Positions 1 to 11,780 are shown, counted from the first letter of the stretch. The stretch: DNA of 64,000 bases from Candidatus Poribacteria bacterium (GCA_965218095.1 OZ244587.1:1728001-1792000); one strand, 5' to 3'. Numbers and translations are program-made. Notes: generated by a model from the letters alone, not told the origin.

Positions 1-2
1 GC

Positions 3-953
3 GTCACCTCAAACCACATATTGGGGCTAGAAGTGGTGTTGACCGATGGCGAGATAGTCGAATTCGGCGGCGCCGTTGAAGAGACCCCCGGCTATGACAT
101 TCGTGGCGTCATGATTGGCTCCGAAGGGACATTCGGCATCGTGACAAAGGCAATTGTCCGGCTCTCACGCCAGCCTGAAGGTTATCAAACCCTGCTTGGT
201 GTGTTTGAAACCATCGACGATGCATCGAATGCGGTTTCCAGCATTATTGGCGCGGGCATCATTCCCAGCGCTTTAGAGATGATGGATCATCTTGTTATCA
301 AAGCGGTTGAAGAGGCATTTCACTGGGGATTTCCGCTTGATGCGGGTGCAGTTCTCATCGTTGAATTAGATGGTATCAAGGCAGGAATGCAGAGTCAAGC
401 CGAGCAGATTACTGAAATCTTCAATAACTACAACTGCCGGGAAGTCCGCTATGCCAAAGACGATGCCGATCGACAGAAGATTTGGAAATCGCGCAAAAGT
501 GCGTTCGGGTCGTTTGGGCGGCTTGCGCCAAACTATATTACGCAAGATGGCGTGGTGCCTCGCACTCAGCTTCCCAAAGTCCTCAGAAGGGTCGCGGAAA
601 TTTCCGAAAAGTACGACATTCCGATCGCGAATGTTTTCCACGCCGGTGATGGCAATATCCACCCAATTGTGCTGTTTGACGAACGCGATCCAGTCCAGTG
701 CGAGCGTGTCGATGCGGTGAACACAGAGATTCTCGTCGCTTGCGCTGAAGCCGGCGGAACCATCACCGGTGAACACGGCATCGGGGTGGAAAAAATGGAC
801 TACATGCCATTGATTTTCAGCCCAGAAGATCTGGCAGTGATGGCAACCATTAAAGAGATTTTCAACCCGTTGGGATTATGCAACCCCGGCAAAATTTTCC
901 CAACTGCCGAATCGTATACAAAGCTTGGGTTAGAACAGTACGAAGCTGACTGA
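3..953 (+). CDS. glcD: FAD-linked oxidase, glycolate oxidase GlcD-like (5' truncated by window edge)
   Basis: GSEGTFGIVT, HAGDGNIHP, GTITGEHGIG and NPGKIF motifs; frame open to the window start. Confidence 0.85.
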   Translation, partial: VTSNHILGLEVVLTDGEIVEFGGAVEETPGYDIRGVMIGSEGTFGIVTKAIVRLSRQPEGYQTLLGVFETIDDASNAVSSIIGAGIIPSALEMMDHLVIKAVEEAFHWGFPLDAGAVLIVELDGIKAGMQSQAEQITEIFNNYNCREVRYAKDDADRQKIWKSRKSAFGSFGRLAPNYITQDGVVPRTQLPKVLRRVAEISEKYDIPIANVFHAGDGNIHPIVLFDERDPVQCERVDAVNTEILVACAEAGGTITGEHGIGVEKMDYMPLIFSPEDLAVMATIKEIFNPLGLCNPGKIFPTAESYTKLGLEQYEAD

Positions 954-969
954 AAGAGAGGAGGATTTT

Positions 970-1668
970 ATGAAATACTGGAATCAGGCTTTACAATTGG
1001 CCATTGTTGTCGTTGTAGCGGTTGGCATTGGGTGTGCCCCCCCGGCGAGCTCCCCAGAAGCCTCCCAAGCCCCAACTGATGAATCAGCAGCAGCGGAATC
1101 TTTATCCACCGATACCCCGAAACTGGATAATTTTGACCAACCAGATGGCTCCCTGTTTGAAATTAAAGAGCCAAACAAAATTGAAGGTGGGCAGTTGCAT
1201 CTACAAGCCTCACAGGAAGGTGCGGTTCTGCTATCATCTGCGGAAAGTCTATCACCGAAGGAATACAACGTATCGGTCAAAGTCATGCCGCCAAGCGTTG
1301 GTGAATACGTTGGGTTAGCCTTTGCTGTCCGGGGCGAAAATTCACGTATTCTGTTTTATGTATACCGACCGGCGGGAGCAGATCCGTTCGGCAAGCGGTG
1401 TAACGTCGGAGTGGAGGGGTATGTTGGTGGAAGGAAAATGCGTGCGCCGGATATTCGTGTACGCGAAGTTAGCTTTCAAAAGGATGCCCCAATCAAGCTT
1501 TCCATACGCCACCTTGGCCAAAATGTGACGCTTTCGATTAACGACGAGAATATCGGACGCTTTCACGAGCGATCGCTAAAACCGGGCAAGGTGGGCGTGT
1601 ACGGAAAATCTCAACACGGAGACAGTAGCCCCGCAATTGTCAAATTTAATAGCTTTGGGGTTGAGTAA
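970..1668 (+). CDS. Putative lipoprotein with beta-sandwich (DUF1080/ConA-like) domain
   Basis: GGAGG RBS; signal peptide with lipobox GIGC; Pro/Ser/Ala linker; C-terminal GKVGVY...KFNSF pattern. Confidence 0.55.
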   Translation: MKYWNQALQLAIVVVVAVGIGCAPPASSPEASQAPTDESAAAESLSTDTPKLDNFDQPDGSLFEIKEPNKIEGGQLHLQASQEGAVLLSSAESLSPKEYNVSVKVMPPSVGEYVGLAFAVRGENSRILFYVYRPAGADPFGKRCNVGVEGYVGGRKMRAPDIRVREVSFQKDAPIKLSIRHLGQNVTLSINDENIGRFHERSLKPGKVGVYGKSQHGDSSPAIVKFNSFGVE

Positions 1669-1691
1669 CTTATTGATAACCCAAGTTGCTA

Positions 1692-2511
1692 GGTTCTGTT
1701 GACATTTCAAGGGAGCCATATAAGAGTGGAGACAAAGCTGAGAAATCCAAAATAACGGACAGCTAGCTTCTCAAACCGAGAGAAGATACGACGATACCAT
1801 TTTATCTTGTTGATGAAACATTCAACCCGATGTCTCTCTTTGTATAAGTGTTTGTCATACATTCTTTGGTCAACACGATGACTTTTTGGCGGTATCACCG
1901 CAATTGCTCCATTCGCCTCAATAACCGCGATAAAAGCGTCCGAATCGTACCCCTTGTCTCCAATCACATATTCACTGTTATATCCGATTATCAACCCTTC
2001 CGCCTCAGTTATGTCATGTCTCTGACCGGGGGTCAGATGAATTCTTAGGGGATTGCCTAGTCCGTCAACTGTGATGTGATTTTTTGTACTGAAACCGCCC
2101 CGAGAGCGACCTAATGCTTGGTTTTCAGTGCCACCCTTTTTTTTAAGGTGCCCGCCGCAGACGGGTGAGCGCGGCAGATGGTACTGTCCACAATAAGCGA
2201 CTCGATATCGGGGTCAGAGGCGAAGTGGTGGTGCATCTGTGTGAAGCCCCCTTTGTCGCACCATCGAGCAAACCGCTTGTAGCGGGTGTTCCATTTGCCA
2301 TAGGTGTCTGGTAGAATCCGCCATTGAGCCCCACTACGAGTCACCCACAGGACGGCTTCGACGAAGCGGCGTGTAGCAGCTTCGTCGCCAACATAGATGG
2401 TGGGACAGCTTAGAAGAAACCGGTATATCTTATTCCATTGTTCATCAGGTAAGGTTATTGGCGTCATTCTTCTATTATGCCACAACCTTATACTCAAATG
2501 TCAACAGAACC
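1692..2511 (-). mobile_element. IS5-family (IS427-like) element, copy 1, 820 bp, two-ORF transposase
   Basis: TIR GGTTCTGTTGACATTT/AAATGTCAACAGAACC flanked by TA; ORFs 2111-2497 (GAQWR..W) and 1707-1994 (GDKGYD, RHRVECFINKIK). Confidence 0.93.
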
Positions 2512-3362
2512 TAGTAATTGAAAATCCATGGGTTTTCCGTTAAAGTAGAGGTAATCCAAACCATAATACCTCAAAGGAGAAACCCATGGACATCCAAATT
2601 GCAACCATTTTCTATCTCTGTGACAAGCGCTTAGAAGCACTCAACTCAAAACCACACCCACAAACGCAGATGTCTGATGCCGAAGTGATGACCACCGGCA
2701 TCGTCGCTGCGTTGTTCTTCGGGGCAAACTTGCAAACCACTTGTGACTTTCTAAAGACTCATGGCTATATACCCAAGATGCTTTCAAAAAGTCGATTAAA
2801 CCGATGTTCACCACATTGTTCAAAATCTTGGGACGAAGCTATGTGCAACTTAATCAACAGAAAATCTATGCACTGGATACCATACCAATTGCTGTTTGTT
2901 CCGCATTCGTCGGTCAAAAATCTACACCGATAAGGCATATCGAGGCTATCAAGCGTCCAAACGTCGGTATTTCTATGGCTTGAAAGTTCATCTGCTAGTG
3001 ACTGCGAGTCGACACCCTGTTGAATTTTTTGTGACCCCAGCCAGTACAGGGGACGTTGAAGGGTTACAGTGGTTTGACTTCAACTTGCCACCGGGCTATG
3101 GTGACAAAGCATACAATAATTATGAGATAGAAGATATTGTTACATCAGTCGGAGTCGAATTAAAGCCAGTACGCAAGAAGAATTCCAAGCGGCTGTATCC
3201 ACCATGGGAGACCTACTTGGCTAATTACCATCGTAAGTCTGTTGAGACGGCTGGCAGTTTGATTAACAAACTGCTTCCACGTTCAATCCATGCAGTAACG
3301 CAACACGGATTTGAATTGAAAGTGGTCTTGTTTGTATTGGCTAGCAGTATCAATCAGCTCTG

Positions 3363-3396
3363 AGTTCACTCACATATTCAGTTCACTCACATATTC
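3363..3396. repeat. 17-bp direct tandem duplication
   Basis: AGTTCACTCACATATTC occurs twice in a row just inside the IS982 right end. Confidence 0.85.
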
Positions 3397-3419
3397 GATG
3401 AATAGGTCGCAACTTGGGT

Positions 3420-3978
3420 TAATACTACCGAAATATACCAAGTCCGGATGCGGGGCTTTGGGCTCGTCGAGCACCTCGTACGGCCTCTTGCCGGACAGGT
3501 GGCTGCTAGGCACTACGCGCGTTGGGCCGTTGTCCTCAGTGAAGTTCATCAGCGGCCACATCGAGTTACAGAAGTAGAATGCACCTGCAGCATCCTTGGC
3601 GCAGCCATCCGTATGCAGGTCCTAGTTCTCATCGGCGGGCGGCCAGTGGGGACCTGATGCGTGGACTCCCATCGAAAAGAACTCCACTTGAAACACATGG
3701 GCCACCGCAGCCAACACGCGCAGACGAGTCAAACAGACGTCGTACACGTCCGACCTGCACTTGTTCTGCGTGTTCTCGACTGTGGTCGGCGCGCCCTCCT
3801 GGCCCGTTCGTTCGAGCTCCCACAACTGCTCGTTTGCCGCGAGTATCCGCGCCGCTTGTTCGCGTGTGTAGATGCCTTCTAGCGGCAAATAACCGTCCCG
3901 GTCTAACTTTTCCTTCTCCGTAATGGTGAGTGTGTCATCACGAACGCCCAATTCATATAGTGCTTGCCAGAACTCCAT
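3420..3978 (-). pseudogene. Phytanoyl-CoA dioxygenase (PhyH) family gene with in-frame TAG, 3' end cut by IS982
   Basis: LDRDGYL, then N*DLHTD (stop just before the HxD motif), then FTEDNGPTRVVPSSH in the same frame. Confidence 0.8.
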
Positions 3979-4065
3979 CGTCTGTTCTCCTCGGGCCTTA
4001 TGCCCAGATTAAGCATACCTTCTGTATCGGTATTCCTATCGAACAAATTTCTAAAACCCGATACG

Positions 4066-4250
4066 ATAGAAAGCAAAATGATACGAGTTTTTCACTTAAA
4101 GCGCAATTACGCCGAGCCTGTCCCGATTTATCGGGATCGAGTAGGAGTTTACGACATATCAAGACTAATCATACCAACGCTCACGTGGTTTCGATACGTT
4201 TCGCTACTCAACCGACGTTCGCTAACTGAAAAACTCGTAAAATGACTATA
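4066..4250. repeat. MITE-like element with internal palindromes
   Basis: Inverted ends TACGAGTTTTTCA / TGAAAAACTCGTA; internal TCCCGATTTATCGGGA palindrome. Confidence 0.5.
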
Positions 4251-4484
4251 TCACGACCCATAAACCGAGTCAAGCGTAAAATCGCAGAAATTTCCAAAGC
4301 GTTTGACAGATAAGCCGACTTCACCCCAACAAAGCGCACTTGAGATCTCTTTAGGAAATTCACACAGATACCAATTCGGATCTAAGGGTACGACTTTTTC
4401 AGTTATGGCAGGATCTCAATCCATCATTTCAAACCCAAACAGGTATATAAGTGAAAAACTCGTATTGGGATGGTGATTCGGTCG

Positions 4485-5441
4485 CTATTCTGGCAAAGTC
4501 CCCTCGATCTGATCCACGAGATGAATCGAATGAATCACGTCGCGGAGATCACTGGTCGGGACTTTTTTGTTACGCACGCAGTCCAGGAAATGTTCGTGCA
4601 TCGTCAGGGTGCCGTCATACCGACGCGCATCCTGCTCATCCACGCCATCAACCTCCCAGCCGCCCATTGTATGGCTCTGGTCATCCTCATAGATTTCGAT
4701 CTCCTGTGGGATTTTCATGTAACACCCGATTCCTACCCCGTGAAGTTCTGAGCGAAGGACACGCCCGCCGGACGCCCGATTTCCAAGCACGACACCTGTC
4801 GCATTGTTATCAAAGCGAACCAGCGCGGTATAGCAGTTTCGGCTCTGACCGCCGAACTTGTCTCGATACGCTGTCACCTCTACAGGCTCTCCACCTGCCA
4901 TATACCGCAGAAGGTCCACAACATGACACACATCGTTCCAGAGCGTTGTCGAGAACTCCTTGCCGTCGCCGCCGAGTCTCTGCTTATTGAATGTGGTTAC
5001 AGCCGTGGAGACGGGACCTTTCTCCGCCAAGCGGCGCATTGCTTCGCGAGTCACCGCAGCATGGCGCCGTTGAAATCCGACCATCGCATAGACATCGTTT
5101 GCGACTGCCGCGTCGAGCATCTGCTGTGTCTCATCACTGGTGGCACCCGGCGGCTTCTCGATGAAGATATGTTTCCCCGCATTCAGGCAGTCGAGCGCAG
5201 GTTGCAATATCCACTCCTCGCGCATCACGCAGTAGATGACATCCAGATCCACCGTATTGAGCATTTTGCGGTGATCTGTGAACGTATGTGGAAATTCATA
5301 TTTCTTGGCGACCTGATTGAGTCGTTCCTCGTCAAGCTCGCATACCGCGACCATCTCGATATCATCCTCAAGACGATTCACGTTTGGATAGTGCGCGCCT
5401 TGACTTCGACCGCCGGCGCCGATAAATCCTGCTTTTAACAT
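4485..5441 (-). CDS. Gfo/Idh/MocA family oxidoreductase
   Basis: GFIGAG Rossmann start, GKHIFIEKP, VGFQRR and DVCHVVD motifs. Confidence 0.9.
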   Translation of the reverse strand: MLKAGFIGAGGRSQGAHYPNVNRLEDDIEMVAVCELDEERLNQVAKKYEFPHTFTDHRKMLNTVDLDVIYCVMREEWILQPALDCLNAGKHIFIEKPPGATSDETQQMLDAAVANDVYAMVGFQRRHAAVTREAMRRLAEKGPVSTAVTTFNKQRLGGDGKEFSTTLWNDVCHVVDLLRYMAGGEPVEVTAYRDKFGGQSRNCYTALVRFDNNATGVVLGNRASGGRVLRSELHGVGIGCYMKIPQEIEIYEDDQSHTMGGWEVDGVDEQDARRYDGTLTMHEHFLDCVRNKKVPTSDLRDVIHSIHLVDQIEGTLPE

Positions 5442-5467
5442 GGTGATTCCTTTCTTGTTTGTGTACT

Positions 5468-5600
5468 AAGAACCTATTTAAAAAGTCTGGGGGCAAACAT
5501 CAAACCAACCCTGATTAGGACGACGTTGGTGTCCGAAATGATGAATTTTTCGTCAATGCCCGTAAACACTGGGTTGATCTGAATTATTAGATAGGCTCTA
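5468..5600. mobile_element. MITE with IS5-like ends
   Basis: Ends TAAGAACCTATTTAAAAA / TTATTAGATAGGCTCTAA; the right end recurs inverted at 12731 (TTAGAGCCTATCTAATAATTCAGAT). Confidence 0.55.
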
Positions 5601-5885
5601 AGTACCTGCCCATAAATTTTCGTGCTTTTTCAGGGCAGGGCGAATACGATCAAATATACAGAAACTTCTGTCTGGATACATATCACTAAATCTTTGAGAA
5701 GCCACATCGGAACTGGAAATTAAAATCGCTACAGTTCATGAGTTCATCAGTTCAGGGGTTCATTGAACCTTTGAACTTTTGAACTCAAATTCCGTGTTGT
5801 GTTCTCAATACGCCAACTGGAACAGGTTTTCTCACACATTTAGTGATGCATGCCATCCCGTACTTTGCTCACCGGAAAATGAGCA

Positions 5886-7384
5886 TTAGCGCAAGCCAAT
5901 CTCTGTGAGTCGCGCTTCGTCGCCCAGAAAAGCCCCCTGCCGCAGCAGTTCCTGCTGCAAGATCTTGACATTAAGGGTCTTTGGTGTGACCCTCAGCTTC
6001 GTGGCCACAGCGGCAGCAATACCAGTCACTTCTCCTAAGGCCATAATGGCGGGCCGGGCTCGCATTCCCGTCGGGTCATGGCCACGGCGAAGGTAGCCCG
6101 AGCATCGCCCGGTGACCAGCAGTCCATCTAGTCCTTTGGGGAGGATCATCCGATAGGGGGCATCAAACCCGGATGGGTCGCCCCCATGCACCGGCTGCCC
6201 CTCGTGGATGTTCCGAAACATCACATCATCGAGTTTCTGACCGGTGTAGGCTTCCGAGGGGGTGATGGTGTATTCTGCATCAATGCAGGGACCGCCCCGT
6301 GCCCCAAAGTAAGGTGCCGTGAACAGCAAGTAAGCGCCCTCGAACCCCGGCGCGTTGTTGCGGAAGAACTGCACGGTTTCGTAAGCCTGCACTCGCACCG
6401 CTGCTTCCAGCCGAGAGTGTCGCTTCATGTCCTCACGGCGAATCTCGCCATGGGCGTTTATTCGGCTACTTCCAAGCCCATCACCAGATTGACCTGTCAC
6501 GGCGCTCTGCCCAAATCGCCCAATTCCGGCACTCGCTATATGAACTCTTGGCTCCGGATCTCTCGTGTGCCGAAATTCCCCGCGCTCCCACGCCTGGCGC
6601 AAACTCGGCAACAGCGGCGGGGGAAACCCGCCCGTATTCCGGTGCTGTCTTAACCAGGCTCGATCTGCTTCACTGAGTGTCACCTGACTCGCCGTGAACG
6701 CTTCGTAAGCCTCAAAGTCAATATTGGCGACGAGGTAGAACAGCGCCGTATCATTCCATGTACGGTATTCGGGACTGTTGAACCCAGGCATGGACTGATG
6801 GGGCCGGATGAGCGGCGCATACGACGGGTCAGGCAGCAATTCAGTGATGACCGGCACCCCGGCTCGGCGGGCAATGTCCGCGTCAGCCGAAGCATCGACG
6901 ACCACCTTGGCTTTCACCGCGACCCGCCCCGACTTCCCTTCGACGAACAGCCCGCTGACCCGGTCGCCTTCAATAATCGGGTCCGCCGCCCACACCGCCA
7001 ACAGCAGTTCTACGCCAAATTCTTCGGCCATCTTGACTCCGAGGTATGAGACAAGGCTGGTTTCATCCGCGTAGTTGGGCGCTGGGACAGCGCGCATCGC
7101 CTCCACCCGGTCAATCAGCGCTTTGGGGATACCGGATAAGCCGCCGACTAGCGAGCCTTCCGCCTCGTTATACAGTCCTCCAGCGGCGATCATCGCTGTC
7201 CCAATATTGCCGCCCAGACTGGCAAAGCGATCAATTAGGAGGGTCTTTGCCCCCTGCTTCCCCGCAGCGAGCGCTGCAAACAGCCCGGCAACCCTGCTCC
7301 GACCACTACCACATCTACGTCGTAGGCAATCGGTACCTGCTTTTCTGGTTCGACCACATATCCTTTTGATTCATCTGCTCCCAT
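5886..7384 (-). pseudogene. FAD-dependent oxidoreductase (FAD_oxidored family), one frameshift in a G-run within the GxGxxG motif
   Basis: GAGGAG RBS then MGADES..YDVDVVVVGAG / VAGLFAALAAG; VVDASADAD, PYRMILP and LLVTGRC motifs; could be a sequencing error. Confidence 0.75.
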
Positions 7385-7417
7385 TGTACTCCTCACTTGT
7401 ATAACAACTCAAGTTGC

Positions 7418-7503
7418 TAAGTAAATTATAATTTCTTTCATCTACATGGATCCGCGCCAGGAGCGGAGTCCCTGGACTGAAAGTTAAACAAACTATTTAT
7501 AAA
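7418..7503. repeat. ~90-bp MITE, copy 1 (right end clipped by IS701 remnant)
   Basis: Near-identical to 12643-12731; TIR AAGTAAATTATAA; internal hairpin TCCGCGCCAGGAGCGGA. Confidence 0.8.
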
Positions 7504-7506
7504 ATA

Positions 7507-7804
7507 TAGGAGTTACGCAGTTGGTGTTAAAGTGTAAAGCGGTTGAGCCAGATAGGCACGAACCGCTTCTCTGATAAGCGAGACTTTCGCTTCAAACCAA
7601 CTGATGCCGGTCGAAAAACAGTGCCGCTCTAGGCGTAGAAACGCTCGCAATGCCAGCCCAATATGATGGCGTTGCGCAGCTTCCTTGCGAACTATGCACC
7701 TCTCAACACCGACAAATTCTTGATGCCTTGATGGTATTGTTCAATCGCCCAAGACAGTTCGTCATACTTGAGCCGAAACAGTGCGTCGCTCGTTGCCCAG
7801 TATT
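7507..7804 (-). mobile_element. IS701-family remnant (transposase C-terminus plus terminal repeat)
   Basis: End TAGGAGTTACGCAGTT; WAIEQYH..SWFEAK-type text; similar to 21643-21920. Confidence 0.75.
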
Positions 7805-9042
7805 TGTACTGCCATCGGAAATTTAGCCCATTGTCTAAACCAAGATTGTGATACAATGACAGTCAGATTGAAAGGAGAATCCGATGGCAAAACGAAGAAG
7901 ATTCACACCCCAATTTAAGGCGGAAGTCGTTATTGAGGCACTTACCAACCAAAGTTCACAAGCGCAACTCTGTCGACAGCATAACCTCAGCGAAGAACAA
8001 CTATCAAAGTGGAAACACCAACTCCTTGACAACGCAGCGATTCTCTTTGAATCCACTGATAAGCAATCCAACGACTCTAAAGAGCGGATTGCTCAACTGG
8101 AGCAACTCCTCGGTCGATTGACCCTAGCATTAGACATCCAAAAAAAGCCTCGACTTGGCTGACTTGAATCGGTTTCAAAAGCGACAGATGGTTGAGGCTT
8201 TACAGACCGATTACTCGGTTCGACACATTTGTGAGGTTCTCGGCTTCAATCAGAGCAGTCTCTATTATCAATCTAAAAGCGACCCCTTAGAGCTAGTGCT
8301 ACGAGATGAAATCGAAAAACTATCTGCCCGTTATCCGAAATATGGCTATAGGCGTATCACGCAGTTGCTGTTGCGTATGGGATACACGGTCGGTTACCGA
8401 CGCATCGCCCGATTGATGAAAGCGGATAATCTGTGGGTCGCCGTAAAATGTGGCAGTCAAACCACCCAATCGTTTGACTGTGTTGGTCAATCGGTCAATC
8501 GGGTTGAGAATCTTGACATCTGTCGAAGCAATCAAGTTTGGGTCGGTGATATCACCTATGTCCGACTCAAAGGACAATTCGTCTATGTTTCGGTGTTAAT
8601 CGATGTCTTGACCCGAATGATAAGAGGTTGGCAGATGAGTCGGCACTTGACACAACCTCTCACATTAAGACCGTTGCAACAGGCATTAAGCCAAAGCATT
8701 CCAGAAATTCATCATAGCGACCAGGGAGTTGAGTATCTTCCGACAGCCTATATTTCCACGCTTATTGGTCATGGGGTTGAGATTTCCTTAGCGCATTGGG
8801 GGCGTCCGTGGGAGAACGGCTATGCTGAGAGGCTGATAAGAACCCTCAAGGAGGAAGAGGTCCATCTCAATGACTACGATGATATAATGGATGCCAGAGC
8901 GCGAATCGGTCATTTTATTGGACAGGTTTATAACCAGAAACGACCTCACTCGGCGTTAGGGTATTTGACGCCAGTTGAATTTGAGCAAAAACACTTGTCT
9001 TAACTTTGATGATTTCTGGTCTAAATTAACGTTGGTACTTCA
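7805..9042 (+). mobile_element. IS3-family element (orfA 7884-8162, orfB 8155-9003)
   Basis: Imperfect TIR TG..CA; A7G slippery site at 8140; WVGDITY, HHSDQG, ENGYAER and YNQKRPHS motifs. Confidence 0.93.
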
Positions 9043-9320
9043 GTTTACCGCTACGGAGATAATCAGGCATAAAAACCTGTCCACCGAGCGGATTAGATAT
9101 TTCATCTAAGAACCTAAAGGAATCCCGACAAAGCGGTTGCAGGTAGTGATATATAACCTGTAAAGGAAGTCTAAGGGCAACGCAACCTATCGCAACCTTA
9201 GAACCCTCAAACCTTCTACAGTTTAATCACCACTTATGACTGGGCAAGCCGTATGCGGTGAAAGTCGCACGTACAGTTTAGATGGGGGGGAAAACCCGTA
9301 AGGGTTCTACCTATCCATAC
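9043..9320 (+). ncRNA. Group II intron 3' portion (DV-DVI intact, 5' end lost at IS3, no RT ORF)
   Basis: 34-nt DV AAGCCGTATGCGGTGAAAGTCGCACGTACAGTTT (9246-9279); DVI ending CCTATCCATAC. Confidence 0.8.
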
Positions 9321-9545
9321 GGATTCTTGGAAACAATGTGGTAAGATATAGCGGTTAAACTCCTTAGGAGAAACTTGCTTGGGAATACTGTTGTATTTCT
9401 GTTGCTTTTGATCTTCGTGTTCCATATAATACTTTCATAAAGTGAATGAGTATCCAAAGTGGAAATTTTGGGACATAAATTATCTCCCTTCCTTTCTCTA
9501 TTTTACCACATCTTTAATGTTTTACTCAATATAACTTCCGTAAGT
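9321..9545 (-). mobile_element. 5' remnant of an IS transposase (probably IS5-like), cut by the intron
   Basis: MEHEDQ..YNSIPKQVSPKEFNRYILPH resembles a transposase N-terminus and stops abruptly at the intron 3' end. Confidence 0.45.
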
Positions 9546-9593
9546 AAAAGGGTTTATGCTATCACTGTTATTCAAAATGGAACTTTTACAGTC

Positions 9594-10854
9594 TAAAGTG
9601 GACCCTATGCTCAAGGCCAAAGTAATGGAAAAATAAGTAAGATGTTTGAGATATACCGACGCTGTTTTAGCCGAGATACACCTCAGCCGGCGTTGCATAA
9701 TCAAGACTCTGGTGCGGTCGTTGCTCATTATAGAAACGGATATAGTTAGCTAATCCATCAAAAAGGGCTTGTCCCGTCTGGTAGAGTTTCTGGTAAACAT
9801 CTTCGTACTTGACGGAGCACGAAAACCGCTCGATGTAAATGTTGTCAATGGCTCGACCCACGCCATCCATACTCATACGCAATACCAGCAATTTCAATAG
9901 TATTGGTGAAAGCATTGGCGGTAAACTGGACGCCTTGGTCGGTATTGAAGATGGTAGGGGTTGCCCAAGCTAATACGCGATGCAAGGCGTCGAGGCAGAA
10001 CTGACCTTCTAGACGATTGGATAGCTCCCAAGTAATGACGTAACGACTATACCAGTCGAGTATCGCAACCAGATACATAAACCCTTTATTCATCGGTAGA
10101 TATGTGATGTCTGCTAACCAGACCTCATTGGGAGTTTCAACCACATAATCACGCAACAGGTATGGGTAAATCCGATGCTTGCTGTTGATGGCTGAGGACT
10201 TGAGTTTGGGATAAATCGCTTCTATGCCCAGTATCTTCATCAGTCGCTGAACCTGCTTGCGATTGACATCTATGCCAAGGCGTTTGAGATATTGGGTCAT
10301 TCGGCGGCTACCGTAAAAGGGTGTCTTCATATACTGCTCATCAATCAGCTACATCAACCTGAGATTTTCCTCCGATTCTTGTGCGGGTTGGTAGTAGAGC
10401 GTTGAGCGGGAAAAACCAAGCAACTCACACTGGCGACGAATACTCAGCTTAGGATGGTTCGCTTCAATCCATGCGCGTTTTTGTTCAACTCAATGGGGTC
10501 GCTTTTTTTCAACCAGTCGAGTTCCATATTCAGCCGACCGATTTGTTCATATAGGTCTGACTCCCTTTGGTGCTGCTTGAGTTGATGTTTGGCAGCGATG
10601 TTAGATAAAATTTGGCTCCCTTGGTCAAGGGGTTGTTTTTTCCACTGACTGATTTGGCTGGGGTGCAGTTGGTGTTCACTTGCCAGTTGATTGATACTTT
10701 TGTCTGCCCTTATCGCCTCAATAGCAATAGTAAACTTGAACTTGGCGGTGTGCCGAATTCTTTTCGTAGACATATTGGACCCTCCATTTTGAATGAGTAT
10801 TCATTCGACGAATTTCTGACTTAATTGGTGGCACAGATTTCGGGATCCATTATA
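9594..10854 (-). mobile_element. IS3-family element, frameshifted
   Basis: Imperfect TIR TATAATGGATCCC / TAAAGTGGACCC; ORFs 10444-10773, 9845-10330 (WLADITY, NTDQGVQF) and 9667-9915 (YNEQRPHQSL). Confidence 0.9.
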
Positions 10855-11144
10855 CTCACTGCTGTCATGCAAAGCATGAATCCATGTGTTATTACTTAAT
10901 GTGGGGTCATGAGGACTTGGTTTTCAAGCAATACAGCTTTACTCATATATATCTTACACTGATGACCGTCTAGTCTAGGATATTTTGACATCAATCACCT
11001 TTTCCTATCATGCTATGTTTGGCATCGGGTTTCCCCGTCTCAACTCTTTTACCGAGTCTACCTAAGATAGGTGTGTATGGGATATTCCGACAATCCCAGC
11101 CAAGAATAAAATTGGCACTTCTAATTTATGCTTACATGGCGCAC
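10855..11144 (-). ncRNA. Group II intron 5' portion (domain I), truncated by IS3
   Basis: Starts GTGCGCCATGTAAGC, identical to 38218; colinear with that intron over ~290 nt; EBS2 CATTAA can pair with exon TTGATG at -13..-8. Confidence 0.8.
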
Positions 11145-11751
11145 CATTATCCATCAAGCTAAACTTGACAGACCACTAGATTCACTGGAAATTATGAGAT
11201 CATAGGGAAATCACACTGCCATAATCTCCATAATCACCAGTGAATTTCTCCTATCAAGTTATCACAGTGCAGGATGTATTTGACCACTACACACCGCAGA
11301 AAAGGTCAAGCCATGAAACGCAATTTAATCGCAATTGCTTCAATGCAGAAGATTCAAGCAAAAATTGACATTGAATGTATTTATGAATTATCGCCACGAA
11401 ATTTTTCGAGAGTTACAATCGCAGATTGTGAGAAATTTCGTAGATAGGACGGCGTTGGTTGCGCGGCTGCATCTGCGTCCTCCTGCCTAATCTGTGGTTC
11501 TATGCGCATCTCGCCGATTTTGGGCAGAATGAAAGGAGATTTCTATGAACTCGCATCAAGCGCCTTCTGCGAGATCAAGATCGGACAGTGGCGATTTCTT
11601 CACTGGTCTACACGCCTCAAGAACCTGAAGATGTGTTGTATTTGCCCTTCATAGATCTTTGTGAGAAAGCAAGCAGATCTTGATCGGGCGTGGGAACTTG
11701 TCAGGCTGATTCGGAATCGGGCGAAACTTGAATAATTGAAGGATATTCAAC

Positions 11752-11780
11752 TTTGCGAAGGTTTCAAACCTTCGCAAGGG
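11752..11780. repeat. REP-like palindrome
   Basis: TTGCGAAGGTTTCAAACCTTCGCAA; second copy at 46858-46890. Confidence 0.7.

Larger units (their letters stand above)
1679..3419 (+). mobile_element. IS982-family element with frameshifted transposase (2586-3363), left end interrupted by IS5
   Basis: Inverted ends ACCCAAGTTGC (1679) / GCAACTTGGGT (3419); MSDAEV, YFYGLKVHL, GDKAY and RKSVET motifs. Confidence 0.8.

Noticed and set aside
11300-11740. Possible degraded RelE/Gp49-like toxin or other small genes
   Set aside because: Only short frameshifted fragments, too weak to call
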